A model generated the notes under the pieces. That model was not told where the DNA came from. It saw only the letters and a list, made by a program, of their open reading frames with translations, and made no database searches. The translations under genes and the position numbers were made by a program. Positions 29,547-38,653 of a DNA stretch of 64,000 nt are shown here, in pieces. Source of the stretch: Thermoplasmatales archaeon SW_10_69_26 (GTDB lineage: Archaea > Thermoplasmatota > SW-10-69-26); NCBI GenBank assembly GCA_003009755.1, contig PXUB01000001.1:32001-96000 (forward strand), read 5' to 3'. How positions within the stretch are numbered: the first letter of the stretch is position 1; each line of letters begins with the position of its first letter.

Positions 29547-30743
29547 CTAGCTGTGCGAGGGGCCCCGGGTCCGGCCGGCGAGGACGAGGGCGAGGGCGCC
29601 GAGCACGACGGCCAAGCCTCCAGAGATCCACAGCAGGATCCGGCGGCCGAGGACGGGGGTCAGGCCGGCGTAGAGCGGTGGCCCGATCGTCTGGCCCAGG
29701 CGGACCATGCTCGTGCGGAGGCTCATCGCGCCGCCGCGGAAGCGGTCGGGGACGAGCTGGCTGACCTCGGTATCCAGGGAGGGCATCGAGAGGCCCATGC
29801 CGGCGCCGAAAGGTAGGATGCCGATCGCGGCGAGCGTGGGCGTGGGCGCCCAGGCGACGCCGGCGAGGCCGAGGCCGAGCGCGAGGACGCCGGCGGCGAT
29901 GATCGGCGGGTTCGAGAACCGGCGAGCCAGGCGGCCGTTGAGGCTGGAGGAGACGGCGGTGGCGGCCGAGGAGGCGGTCAAGACCACGCCGATGGCGACG
30001 GCCGACAACCCCAGGTCCTGGTCGAGCAGGAACGGCATCGTGGTGAGGACGCCGCCGTAGAGGAGGACGAAGATCCCGAGCGCGGTCGCGTACAGGAGGG
30101 CGGATTCGATGCCGCGCAGCGCTCGCAGGGCGCCGGTGATGTAGGACAGCCCGCCGACGGGGTCCTCGATCACCGGCTCCTCGAGGATCTCGAGGGCGAG
30201 CAGGCCGACGGGCACGCCGACGAGGTACAGGGCGAAGGGCGCCCGCCAGTCGATCTCGGACAGCAGGCCGCCGACGAGCGGGTAGATGCCGGTCCCGATG
30301 GAGAGCACGGCGCCGTTGAGGCCCATGATCGCGTTGCGTTGGCTGCCCTCGAAGGTGTCGCCGATGAGCGTGATCGCGAGCGTGATCAGCCCGGCAGCGG
30401 CCGCCCCCTGCACGACGCGCAGCGCGACGACCGTCCACAGGCCCGGGGCCAGCAGGACCGCACCGCCGGCGACCCCGTAGACGACGAGGGACGGGATCAG
30501 GACCGGGCGGCGGCCGTAGCGGTCGGCCAGGATGCCCACGACCGGCCCCATGAGGATGCCGGGCAGCGTGAACGCGGACAGGATCAGGCTGGCTTCGGCT
30601 TCCGTGATGCCCAGGCTGTTGCGGATGGCCGGCAGAGCCGGGCTGATGAGCGAGACCCCCATGACGCCCATCAGCGTGCTGGCCAGGATGACCTGGACGG
30701 TGGGCATGCGGACGGAGCCGAGCGTGCCCTCGTCGTTGGCCAC
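29547..30743 (-). CDS. MFS transporter
   Basis: 12 TM pattern; GILADRYGRR motif A. Confidence 0.92.
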   Translation of the reverse strand: MANDEGTLGSVRMPTVQVILASTLMGVMGVSLISPALPAIRNSLGITEAEASLILSAFTLPGILMGPVVGILADRYGRRPVLIPSLVVYGVAGGAVLLAPGLWTVVALRVVQGAAAAGLITLAITLIGDTFEGSQRNAIMGLNGAVLSIGTGIYPLVGGLLSEIDWRAPFALYLVGVPVGLLALEILEEPVIEDPVGGLSYITGALRALRGIESALLYATALGIFVLLYGGVLTTMPFLLDQDLGLSAVAIGVVLTASSAATAVSSSLNGRLARRFSNPPIIAAGVLALGLGLAGVAWAPTPTLAAIGILPFGAGMGLSMPSLDTEVSQLVPDRFRGGAMSLRTSMVRLGQTIGPPLYAGLTPVLGRRILLWISGGLAVVLGALALVLAGRTRGPSHS

Positions 30744-30852
30744 GGCGCGGGGACAGCGGAGGTCCGGGAAAGGGGTTGTGCCCGGCCTCGGCAGGCGCGA
30801 GCGTCAGCTGCTCTGTCCCACGTTCGCCTATCGTCCCGGCAGACGCGACGAC

Positions 30853-30910
30853 GCGAGGGAGGTCGGCGACCGAAGGGTCAGCCGAGCTTCGGAGACCGCC
30901 CATGTCCACC
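30853..30910. repeat. Direct repeat of 31106-31160 (27 bp identical)
   Basis: gcgagggaggtcggcgaccgaagggtc at 30853-30879 and 31106-31132. Confidence 0.8.
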
Positions 30911-31105
30911 CGTCTCCGGATCTGCACGCCCTCGGCTATGCCCGCGGTCGGGCGTGCGCTCGGCAGAGCCCCCTCACTCCTCACCGCGAGCCCCATGACG
31001 GCCTGCCTCTGCCAATCGAACCGAGGTAGGATGGCCGCCTCACTGTGAAGACAGGACTGTCACTGCCATCGTGCCCCCAGGAAGCCCGGTCCTATCCGCG
31101 GAGAA

Positions 31106-31296
31106 GCGAGGGAGGTCGGCGACCGAAGGGTCGGACCGAGGCAGGACGCCCGCGTCCACCATGGAACCTGAGCTGCCGCTGACAAGGAGCTCGAAGCAGG
31201 CATCCCGGCGGGATGCCGATGCAGAGCGACGCCGTCAGCGTGGCCTGCTCAGGGCAGCCTGCCGACGGGAGACCCTGAGGGAGCCGACCTTCCCCG
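31106..31296. mobile_element. MITE-like fold-back element
   Basis: Imperfect ~45-bp terminal inverted repeats and nested internal hairpins (ggcatccc/gggatgcc). Confidence 0.45.
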
Positions 31297-31298
31297 AG

Positions 31299-31595
31299 CT
31301 AGTACTGCCGCCACTTGTTCCCGCATTCGGCGCAGGTGAGGATGATGGTGGTGGGCTCGTCGGCTGCCCGCGTCTGTTCGGTCCGGTAGTAGGCGTCGCG
31401 CTCGCCGCACTCCTCGCATTCGTACTCGTCGGTCTTGGGGAGGGCGTGCGCGTGCTCGTCCTCGTCGACCATCGTGATCTCCTCGCCTTCCGAGGACTGG
31501 GAGACCTTCTGGCCCTCACCCTCGGTGCCGCAGTCGTCGCAGATGGGGCCCTCGGGTGACGGCTGCATCATGCTCCCGCATTCCGGACAAAGCAT
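31299..31595 (-). CDS. tfs: Transcription factor S
   Basis: Two Zn ribbons; QTRAADEP acidic hairpin; C..CG.KWRQY. Confidence 0.92.
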   Translation of the reverse strand: MLCPECGSMMQPSPEGPICDDCGTEGEGQKVSQSSEGEEITMVDEDEHAHALPKTDEYECEECGERDAYYRTEQTRAADEPTTIILTCAECGNKWRQY

Positions 31596-31659
31596 CGGCC
31601 CCGCGGTAGCAGCCGGTGCGATGTAAGCCTTTTGCCGGGAGAGCTCGTCCGCGAGCCCG

Positions 31660-32511
31660 GTGCTCGTCGAGGCGTTGCGAGGCTCGATCCGCGTCCTCTA
31701 CCACGTGCTCGATGGCCGACCCTTCGAGCACGCGAGGGACACGGCCACGGTGCGCGGGTTCGTCTTCGAGCCGGACGCCGAGGCCGAGCGGACGGTCGCG
31801 TTCGTGCACGGGCTCGGGGACGCCTCGACGACGTGGCTGCGTCAGGTGCGAGGCCTGCGCCAGGATGCGCGGTTGGTGCTGGTGGACCTGCCGCCGTTCG
31901 GGCGCTCCAAGCTGGCGGACGGTTACGCGCTGGGCCCCGACGAGCACGCCCGGCTGTTGGCGCCGATCGTCGCCGAGCACGCCGTGGGTCCGACGACCGT
32001 CGTCGGGCAGAGCATGGGCGGCTGGGTCACGCAGTGGTTGTTGCACGAGCGTCCGGACCTGGCCGACGCGGCGCTTTTGGTGGCCCCGGCCGGCACCCGC
32101 CTGGAGGGCTCCTACGACGCGGTCGGCCTCATGACGCCCCACGATGCGGAGGGCGCGCGGCGCTATCTGGAGGCGGTCTGGCACGAGGTCCCGCTGGCGG
32201 CGCCGGCGGTGCTGGACCACATGTTGGAGCGGATGCACGACCCGGTCGTGCGCGGTTTCCTCGCCGAGACCGAGCACCGCCACACCGTGCCCGAGGAGGC
32301 GCTGGCCGCCATCGACGTGCCGACGTTGGCTCTGTGGGGCAGCGACGACGGGCTGCTGGATGGCCGCACGCCGGCCTACCTCGCCCGGCAGTGGGGCGGG
32401 CCCTTCGAGCGCACCTACCTGGCTCGCGCCGGCCACATGATCCACCAGGAGCGACCCCAGGCGGTCGAGGCCGCGGTCCGCCGCATGATGCGGGTCGCCG
32501 AGCAGGTGTGA
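31660..32511 (+). CDS. Alpha/beta fold hydrolase
   Basis: FVHGLG, DLPPFGRS, GQSMGG, WGSDD, AGH. Confidence 0.88.
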   Translation: MLVEALRGSIRVLYHVLDGRPFEHARDTATVRGFVFEPDAEAERTVAFVHGLGDASTTWLRQVRGLRQDARLVLVDLPPFGRSKLADGYALGPDEHARLLAPIVAEHAVGPTTVVGQSMGGWVTQWLLHERPDLADAALLVAPAGTRLEGSYDAVGLMTPHDAEGARRYLEAVWHEVPLAAPAVLDHMLERMHDPVVRGFLAETEHRHTVPEEALAAIDVPTLALWGSDDGLLDGRTPAYLARQWGGPFERTYLARAGHMIHQERPQAVEAAVRRMMRVAEQV

Positions 32512-32596
32512 GAGCCCTGTCAGCCTGCCGGCGTTCCAGGTGCAACGCGGCCCCTTCCTTTTTCAAGGGAAGCTTCGATGGGTCTCGCGAACAGCC

Positions 32597-33334
32597 ATGT
32601 CCTTCAGGGCGGTATGCAAGGCCGACGTGGTCAAGTCGGTGATCGACAGCCTGTCCACACTCGTGGATGAGGCCAAGTTCCAGGTGGCGCCCGAAGGTCT
32701 CGAGGTCCTCGCTGTGGACGCGGCGCACGTCGCGATGATCGACCTCAGCCTCTCGAAGGCCGCGTTCAAGAACTTCGAGGCCGACGAGATGGAGCTGGGG
32801 ATCGACATCGACAAGCTCTCCGACGCGGTCCGGCTGGCCGGCGCCGACGACGAGGTCGAGATCGTGCTCGAGGACGAGGGCCTGCTGCGGCTCGAGATCG
32901 GGAACCTGACCCGCCGCATGAGCCTCGTCGACACCAGCGGCATGACGGACCCCAAGATCCCCGACCTCGAGCTGCCCGCGATGATCAAGATGCCCGGCGC
33001 CGAGCTCGATCGCGGCATCAAGGCGGCCGAGGGCATCAGCGACCACGTGGCCCTGCACGCCACCGCCGGCGGCTTCGAGCTCTCCGCCGAGGGGGACATG
33101 GACTCCGTGAACCTGAACCTCGAGAAGGACACCCTCCTGGAGCACCGCGCCAGCGAGGAGGTTCGCTCCCTGTTCTCGCTGGATTACTTCTCGAACATGG
33201 TCAAGGTCGCCAAGGACGCGGGCACGGTGCAGCTCCGCCTCGGCAACGACTACCCGGTCCGGCTGGGCTTCGAGTTCGCCGACGGCGAAGGCGAGGTCAC
33301 CTACCTGCTTGCCCCGCGCATCGAGAGCGCCTAG
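32597..33334 (+). CDS. pcn: DNA polymerase sliding clamp PCNA
   Basis: LVDEAKF, AVDAAHVAMI, SLFSLDY, YLLAPRIE. Confidence 0.96.
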   Translation: MSFRAVCKADVVKSVIDSLSTLVDEAKFQVAPEGLEVLAVDAAHVAMIDLSLSKAAFKNFEADEMELGIDIDKLSDAVRLAGADDEVEIVLEDEGLLRLEIGNLTRRMSLVDTSGMTDPKIPDLELPAMIKMPGAELDRGIKAAEGISDHVALHATAGGFELSAEGDMDSVNLNLEKDTLLEHRASEEVRSLFSLDYFSNMVKVAKDAGTVQLRLGNDYPVRLGFEFADGEGEVTYLLAPRIESA

Positions 33335-33379
33335 ACCGCCGGACTCACCGGGCCTACCATCTCGCGGCCCTCTGAGCGT

Positions 33380-33530
33380 GTCGAGATCGAGGAGGCCGAA
33401 GCAGGAAACTCCCTGCGGGTTGTCGATGGACACTGCCCGAAGCAGAGATTCGGGCGTGCCTGCGATCGCCCGGACGGGCGAGATCTCACAGGCCGACGAC
33501 GGCCGAGCACCGGTCGGCAACGCAGACCGG
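33380..33530 (+). repeat. Dispersed ~150-bp repeat, homologous to 46600-46756 (minus)
   Basis: Shared blocks cgggttgtcga.ggacac.gccc, gatcgcccgg.cgggcgagatctcac, cgac.acggccgagca.cggtc. Confidence 0.75.
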
Positions 33531-33596
33531 CCCCGACGACTCGTGAGGCCGGAAGGCTCTTGAGGAAGCCGTCGCCTCTCCGTGTGAGGCTGTTCC

Positions 33597-35618
33597 ATGG
33601 TGAGGCGAGCTGCCGTCATCCTCTGCGCGCTGCTGACGATCGTTCCCTCGTTTGCCACCGTCCCTGGGAGTGCCCAGGCCGTCGAGGACCCGCCGGTCGG
33701 CGACGTCTTCGAGGCCGGTGCGGGCGAGGCCGAGATCACGCCCCCGATCGGGACGTCGATGTGGGGGTACACGGCTCGCGAGGGTCTGGTCTCCATCGGG
33801 GGCGACCTCTCCGAAAGCGAGTACCCGCGCTTCGTCGACCAGCGCGACGACGGCGCCGATCTCGACCTGTACGGGAAGACGTTCCTGAAGAGCGAGGGCG
33901 TGCACTCGCGCCTGTACAGCAAGGCGCACGTCTTCGACGACGGGGACACCCAGCTGGCGACCGCGTTCGTCGACCTCGGCGGCGTGCCCGGCGAGCTGCA
34001 CCAGGCCGTCGCCGACCGGCTGGCCGATCGAGGCATCCCCATCGATCGCTCCGAGCTTTTGATCAGCGCCTCGCACACCCACGGCGGACCCGGCGAGATC
34101 TTCCCCTACCAGGGGTACGCGCTGCTGGGGGGCGGCGAGCTCGATCCGCGCGTCTTCGGGCTCGTGGCCGACCAGATCACCGCCTCGGTCGTCGAGGCCT
34201 GGGAGGACAAGCAGCCCGCCGAGATCGCCGTCGGGCAGGTCGAGCTCGAGGACGCTACCACGAACCGCGCAGAGGCGGCCCACACCGAGGTCCACGACGA
34301 TCACGCCGGCGAGCCCCACGTCGACGAGACGGCGCGTGTGATCCGCGTGGACGCCAAGAGCGGCGAGCCGATCGGGATCGTCACCCAGTTCGCCGCCCAC
34401 GGGACCGTGGTCGGGGCCGACGACCTGTTCTTCACCGCCGACAACCAGGGCGTGGCCTACCGGCTGATCGAGCGCGGCGTGGCTGCACTCTCGCCGAGCG
34501 TGGACTCGACCGACGACGTGGTCGTCAGCTACCTCAACGGAGCCGAGGGCGACATCAGTCCCAACGGGAACGGCGACACGTTCTTCGCGCAGGTCGAGGA
34601 CGCCGGGCAGCGCCAGGCGGGCCCGATCCTGCAGGAGTGGCTGAGCCTCGACGGCGAGCTGACGAGCGACGTGGACCTCGACACGAGATCCACGTTCACC
34701 TGCTTTTGCGGGCAACAGGTCGACTACCGGGACGGCAGCGAGCGGTTGAGCCCGATCCCGATCCTCGGCGCCGGCGGCACCACGCCCGATCCGGTCCACG
34801 TCCCCGGGCACGGCAACAAGACGCCGCTGCTCGGCGGGCCGGGCCTGGTGCCCAACCTCGTGCGCCTGCAGGTGGTCGAGGTCTCGGCCGGCGAGGAAGA
34901 CCACCTGTTCGCCACGATGCCGGGCGAGCCCACGATGGCCGCCGGGCTCGCCATCGAGGAGGCCATCGCCAACCTCGACTCGGCCAGCGACGTCGACACG
35001 GTGGACGTCGTCGGCCTCGCCAACGACTACGTGTCGTACATGACGCGCGTGCCGGAGTACGAGGTCCAGGCCTACGAGGGCACGTTCACGCTGTACGGGC
35101 GGATGACGAACCCGATGTTCCGCCACACGCTCGTCGACGTGGCCGACAAGCTGTTGCGCGACGAGCCGGTGGACCCGGGATACGCGGGCCTCGTCGAGCA
35201 CCCGAACCTGCCCCTGACGTCCGTCGACCCGCTGTGTGAGCAGGCGGCCGACTCGCAGTGCGTGCCCACGGGTCAACCGCCGGCCCGAGTGCTGGCCCAG
35301 CCGGCCGACACCGCCACCGCGGGCGAGGTCGTCGAGTTTGCCTGGCTGGGCGGTCGGCCCGGCGTCGACCATCCGCTCGGCGAGCCGATGGTCGAGGTCG
35401 TCGACGACGAGGGCAACGTGCTCGTCGACGACGAGGGCTTCACGCTGCGTGTCTTCTACGACAAGGTCGAGGACGAGCACCGCTGGCGCGTCGAGTGGCC
35501 CGTCGACGAGACCACGCCCGAGGACACCTACACGATCCGGGTGGACGGCCAGTACGTCGACACGCCCGGCCACGTGGCCGCGTACAGCCACACCAGCCAG
35601 CCGGTCACCGTCTCGTAG
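33597..35618 (+). CDS. Secreted neutral/alkaline ceramidase family protein
   Basis: GVHSRLYSKA, SASHTHGGPG, FAAHGT, ADNQG, GAEGDISPN, PGEPT, GLANDY..Y....EY..Q.YEG..TLYG. Confidence 0.85.
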   Translation: MVRRAAVILCALLTIVPSFATVPGSAQAVEDPPVGDVFEAGAGEAEITPPIGTSMWGYTAREGLVSIGGDLSESEYPRFVDQRDDGADLDLYGKTFLKSEGVHSRLYSKAHVFDDGDTQLATAFVDLGGVPGELHQAVADRLADRGIPIDRSELLISASHTHGGPGEIFPYQGYALLGGGELDPRVFGLVADQITASVVEAWEDKQPAEIAVGQVELEDATTNRAEAAHTEVHDDHAGEPHVDETARVIRVDAKSGEPIGIVTQFAAHGTVVGADDLFFTADNQGVAYRLIERGVAALSPSVDSTDDVVVSYLNGAEGDISPNGNGDTFFAQVEDAGQRQAGPILQEWLSLDGELTSDVDLDTRSTFTCFCGQQVDYRDGSERLSPIPILGAGGTTPDPVHVPGHGNKTPLLGGPGLVPNLVRLQVVEVSAGEEDHLFATMPGEPTMAAGLAIEEAIANLDSASDVDTVDVVGLANDYVSYMTRVPEYEVQAYEGTFTLYGRMTNPMFRHTLVDVADKLLRDEPVDPGYAGLVEHPNLPLTSVDPLCEQAADSQCVPTGQPPARVLAQPADTATAGEVVEFAWLGGRPGVDHPLGEPMVEVVDDEGNVLVDDEGFTLRVFYDKVEDEHRWRVEWPVDETTPEDTYTIRVDGQYVDTPGHVAAYSHTSQPVTVS

Positions 35619-36788
35619 GTGGAGCCCGTGCGCGAGACGCTGCTCGCCGTCCTCGTCGCCTCGCTCGTGGTCGTCTCGGCCACGCCCGCGGCCAGCCTAC
35701 CGACCGACGGGGCCGACGATCGGACCTGGCTGGCCGGCGACTGGCACGTGCACACCAACGCCAGCCACGACGCCTGCGCAGCCCACAACGTGCCGCGTCT
35801 GCTGTCGGACCCCAGCGACGGGTGCGGGGACGGCCCGCACACCCTCTCGGCCGACGGCGCCACCCGCATGCGCCAGGCCGAGGCCCGCGGGTTGGACTAC
35901 CTGAGGATCACCGACCACAACACACTGGGCGGCCCCCTCCACGCGCAGGCCAACTACGAGGGCCCGGTCACGCTCGTGCCGGGCTACGAGCACTCGCTGC
36001 CGGACGCCCACGCCGGCGTCTCGTCGCTGAACCTCCTCGACCGCGGCATCTTCGAGGACCCCAGCGAGGCGAGCGCGATCGACCCCTGGATCGACGCGGT
36101 GCAAGGCGAGCCCGGCGGCCACGTCACCGCCAACCACCCGTTCAGCGGTGGATCCAGCGCCTGGACCGAGGGCCACAGCGATCCGGCCGCGTGGGACGCG
36201 ATCGAGATCTGGAACATCCACTGGCTGTGGCGCGACGAGGTCACCAACGGCTTCACCGACGCCAGCAACAACGAAGAGACGCTGGACTTCTGGACCCATC
36301 TCTTGAACCAGGGCCACGAGCTGCCGATCGTGGGCGCCTCGGACAACCACTGGCTAGCCACGACCGCCGTCCAGGGACCCGGCCAACCGACGACCTGGGT
36401 CAAGGCCACCGAGGACACCCCAACCGCGATCCTCGAGGCCGCCCGCGAGGGCCGCACGTACGTCACGTGGGACCCCGTCGGGCCGCGGGTCGCGCTCACC
36501 GCCGAGGGCCCCTCGGGCGAGGCGATCGTCGGCGACCACGTCCCGACCGGTGAGGAGATTACCTTCCGCGCCGAGGTGACGGCCGGCGCCGGCGAGCGCA
36601 TCCGCTTCGTCTCCTGCAACGGCCTCGAGCACGAGAGCCCGCCTGGGGCTCCCGTCGCCGAGGTCACGCTCACATTCGCGGAGGATTGCTGGATGCGCGT
36701 GGATCTCGTGACGGTGGACGATCTCGGCGGCAGCGGGCCCGACGACCTCGTCTATCGGGCGATCACGAGCCCGGTGTACGTGGGGTAG
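35619..36788 (+). CDS. Secreted PHP-domain metallohydrolase (CehA/McbA-like)
   Basis: GDWHVHT, ITDHN, GYE, ANHP, IEIWN, GASDNH. Confidence 0.85.
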   Translation: MEPVRETLLAVLVASLVVVSATPAASLPTDGADDRTWLAGDWHVHTNASHDACAAHNVPRLLSDPSDGCGDGPHTLSADGATRMRQAEARGLDYLRITDHNTLGGPLHAQANYEGPVTLVPGYEHSLPDAHAGVSSLNLLDRGIFEDPSEASAIDPWIDAVQGEPGGHVTANHPFSGGSSAWTEGHSDPAAWDAIEIWNIHWLWRDEVTNGFTDASNNEETLDFWTHLLNQGHELPIVGASDNHWLATTAVQGPGQPTTWVKATEDTPTAILEAAREGRTYVTWDPVGPRVALTAEGPSGEAIVGDHVPTGEEITFRAEVTAGAGERIRFVSCNGLEHESPPGAPVAEVTLTFAEDCWMRVDLVTVDDLGGSGPDDLVYRAITSPVYVG

Positions 36789-36922
36789 GCGAGCGCGGTT
36801 GCCGACGAACCGGGTGGACGAGGTCGAGCACAAGCCGGCTCGGTCACCGCCGGGCAGAGCAAGAACAAAAAGGAGAGGGGCCGGCGGGGGTGCCGCTGCG
36901 GAGCCAGGTACCTCAGCGCCGC

Positions 36923-38053
36923 TCAGCCGCGGCGCACGCGAAGCGCCCCGACAGCGCCCACGCTACCGAGGGCCGCCATCGCGACCAGCGCCGGACTACC
37001 GAAGAACGGGATCGCCGTCACCTCAGCCGTCGGACAGTCCTCGGCCTCGCCGGCCTCGTTGGCCGCCGTGACCTCGTACGTGTACGTGGTCTCGGCCTCC
37101 GTCTCCGTGTCCGTGTAGCTGGTGGCGTTGACCTCGGCCACGTGCTGCATGTCGCCGTCCTCGGTGGCGCGGTAGACGTGGTAGCTGTCCGCGTCCGCGG
37201 AGGCGTTCCACGCGAGGGTCACGTCCTCGTTGCCGTGGGCTTGGGCGCGGAGGTTCTCCGGGCAGGCGGGAGTGTCGTCTTCCTGCTCCTCGACGAAGAC
37301 GGTCGCGTGGTCACAGGGGTAGCCGTAGTTGCGCGGTCCTTCGTTGAGCTGGGTCACGAAGTAGTGGTAGCCCTGGCCTTCCTCGACGGTTGTGTCGCGG
37401 TAGGAGGAGGCGTTCGGGTCCGGCCGCGCGATCTCCTGGAAGTCGCGCGTGCCCTCGGGGGCGCGCTCGACGATGTGCGTGTACTGGTGCTCGTCCTCGG
37501 AAGGCTCGCCGCTCCACTCGACGACGACGGTGCCGTTGTCCACGTGGGCCTCGACGGTGGACGGCGCCCGGCAGGCGTGCGGGTCGTCGCCCGGCAGCCA
37601 CCACTGGAAGTCCTCGCAGTGACTGTAGTCGACCTCGTGGATCTCGGTGCGGTGGTCCCCTTCCATGTAGGCTCGGAACCACTGCTCGCTCTCGCTGCCC
37701 GAGTGGTGGTGCCACTCGAAGGGCCCGGCCTCGAAGTCGTAGGTCCCGTTCTCGTTCTGGGTCCCGTTGACCTCGGTGAGCGTCATCCCGTGGATGTCAC
37801 GTCCGCCGGTGTCGTGGGTAATCCGGATGGTCGCATTCTCGTGGCTCATCCCGTGACCCTTCACCCAGAACTCGCATTGGAGATCGTCGGTGGGTGGCCC
37901 GTCCTCGCTGTCGTGGAACGTCACCTCCCCGTGTTCGTCGCTGGCGTGGGCGGCCCCGGTGTCGGCGATCGCGACCAGGCCTGCCAGGGCGGCGAGCGCG
38001 ATCAGGGTGAAGCCGGTGCCGCGGCGCAGCGTGCCGTTGTTTCGAGCGTTCAT
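36923..38053 (-). CDS. Fibronectin type III surface protein with C-terminal sorting signal
   Basis: Signal peptide; two FN3 units (VTLAWNAS..YHVYR..YTYEVTAAN..GE); IPFFG-TM-RVRRG. Confidence 0.85.
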   Translation of the reverse strand: MNARNNGTLRRGTGFTLIALAALAGLVAIADTGAAHASDEHGEVTFHDSEDGPPTDDLQCEFWVKGHGMSHENATIRITHDTGGRDIHGMTLTEVNGTQNENGTYDFEAGPFEWHHHSGSESEQWFRAYMEGDHRTEIHEVDYSHCEDFQWWLPGDDPHACRAPSTVEAHVDNGTVVVEWSGEPSEDEHQYTHIVERAPEGTRDFQEIARPDPNASSYRDTTVEEGQGYHYFVTQLNEGPRNYGYPCDHATVFVEEQEDDTPACPENLRAQAHGNEDVTLAWNASADADSYHVYRATEDGDMQHVAEVNATSYTDTETEAETTYTYEVTAANEAGEAEDCPTAEVTAIPFFGSPALVAMAALGSVGAVGALRVRRG

Positions 38054-38239
38054 CGTTTTCACCTGCACTTGAATCGTCCTTCGGCAGGTGGGATAAGGGA
38101 GCTGAGGGACACGACTCGGTGGGGCTTGCACGATGTTGAGAAGAAGGGGAAGATGGGACCCGGAGACGCCCTCAGGTGGGTGACCGTCATCGGACGGCCG
38201 GATCAAGCAGCCCAGAGAGAGGAGGGCTGGTTAAGGTGG

Positions 38240-38386
38240 TCAGTTCCACAGAGATGCGACGTCGACGTGGAGATTCCGGTCGTCTCCGTCCACGACGGCG
38301 TCGTTCGTGTAGCGGATCTCGAGGTTGTGATCTCCGCCAGATAGATCCACGGGCGTGGTGTAGGTTTGCCAGGTGTCGGTGAAGTG
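38240..38386 (-). pseudogene. Truncated C-terminal carbohydrate-binding-module-like fragment
   Basis: HFTDTWQTYTTPVDLSGGDHNLEIRYTNDAVVDGDDRNLHVD..*; no start; ends where a repeat begins. Confidence 0.55.
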
Positions 38387-38427
38387 CTCAGCGCGGACCG
38401 GGACGAGCGGGTGGATCCGTCGATCCC
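38384..38427. repeat. 44-bp direct repeat with 40920-40963
   Basis: gtgc..agcgcgga.cgggacgagcgggtggatccgtcgatccc. Confidence 0.8.
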
Positions 38428-38443
38428 GACCCCGGAGGGGAGC

Positions 38444-38653
38444 CGGTTGGCCGGGACGGCGGGGTTGCCGTCGACGACCAGAACCGAGGCCAGTGGTTCG
38501 AGAAGGTTTAACACCTCGCGGCTGCCTGCGGCGCTCGGAGGCGGGAGGCCATGCGAACGCAGTCCACGCTCGTCGTCGTGCTCGTTGCCGTGATCACCAC
38601 CACCGGGTTCGTGCCCGTGGGCAGTGCGATGGGCATGCACGATGCCGAGCCAA
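38444..38653. repeat. Duplicated promoter plus signal-peptide region (second copy 44988-45197)
   Basis: Near-identical at offset 6544, including AAGGTTTAAC TATA-like box. Confidence 0.9.
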
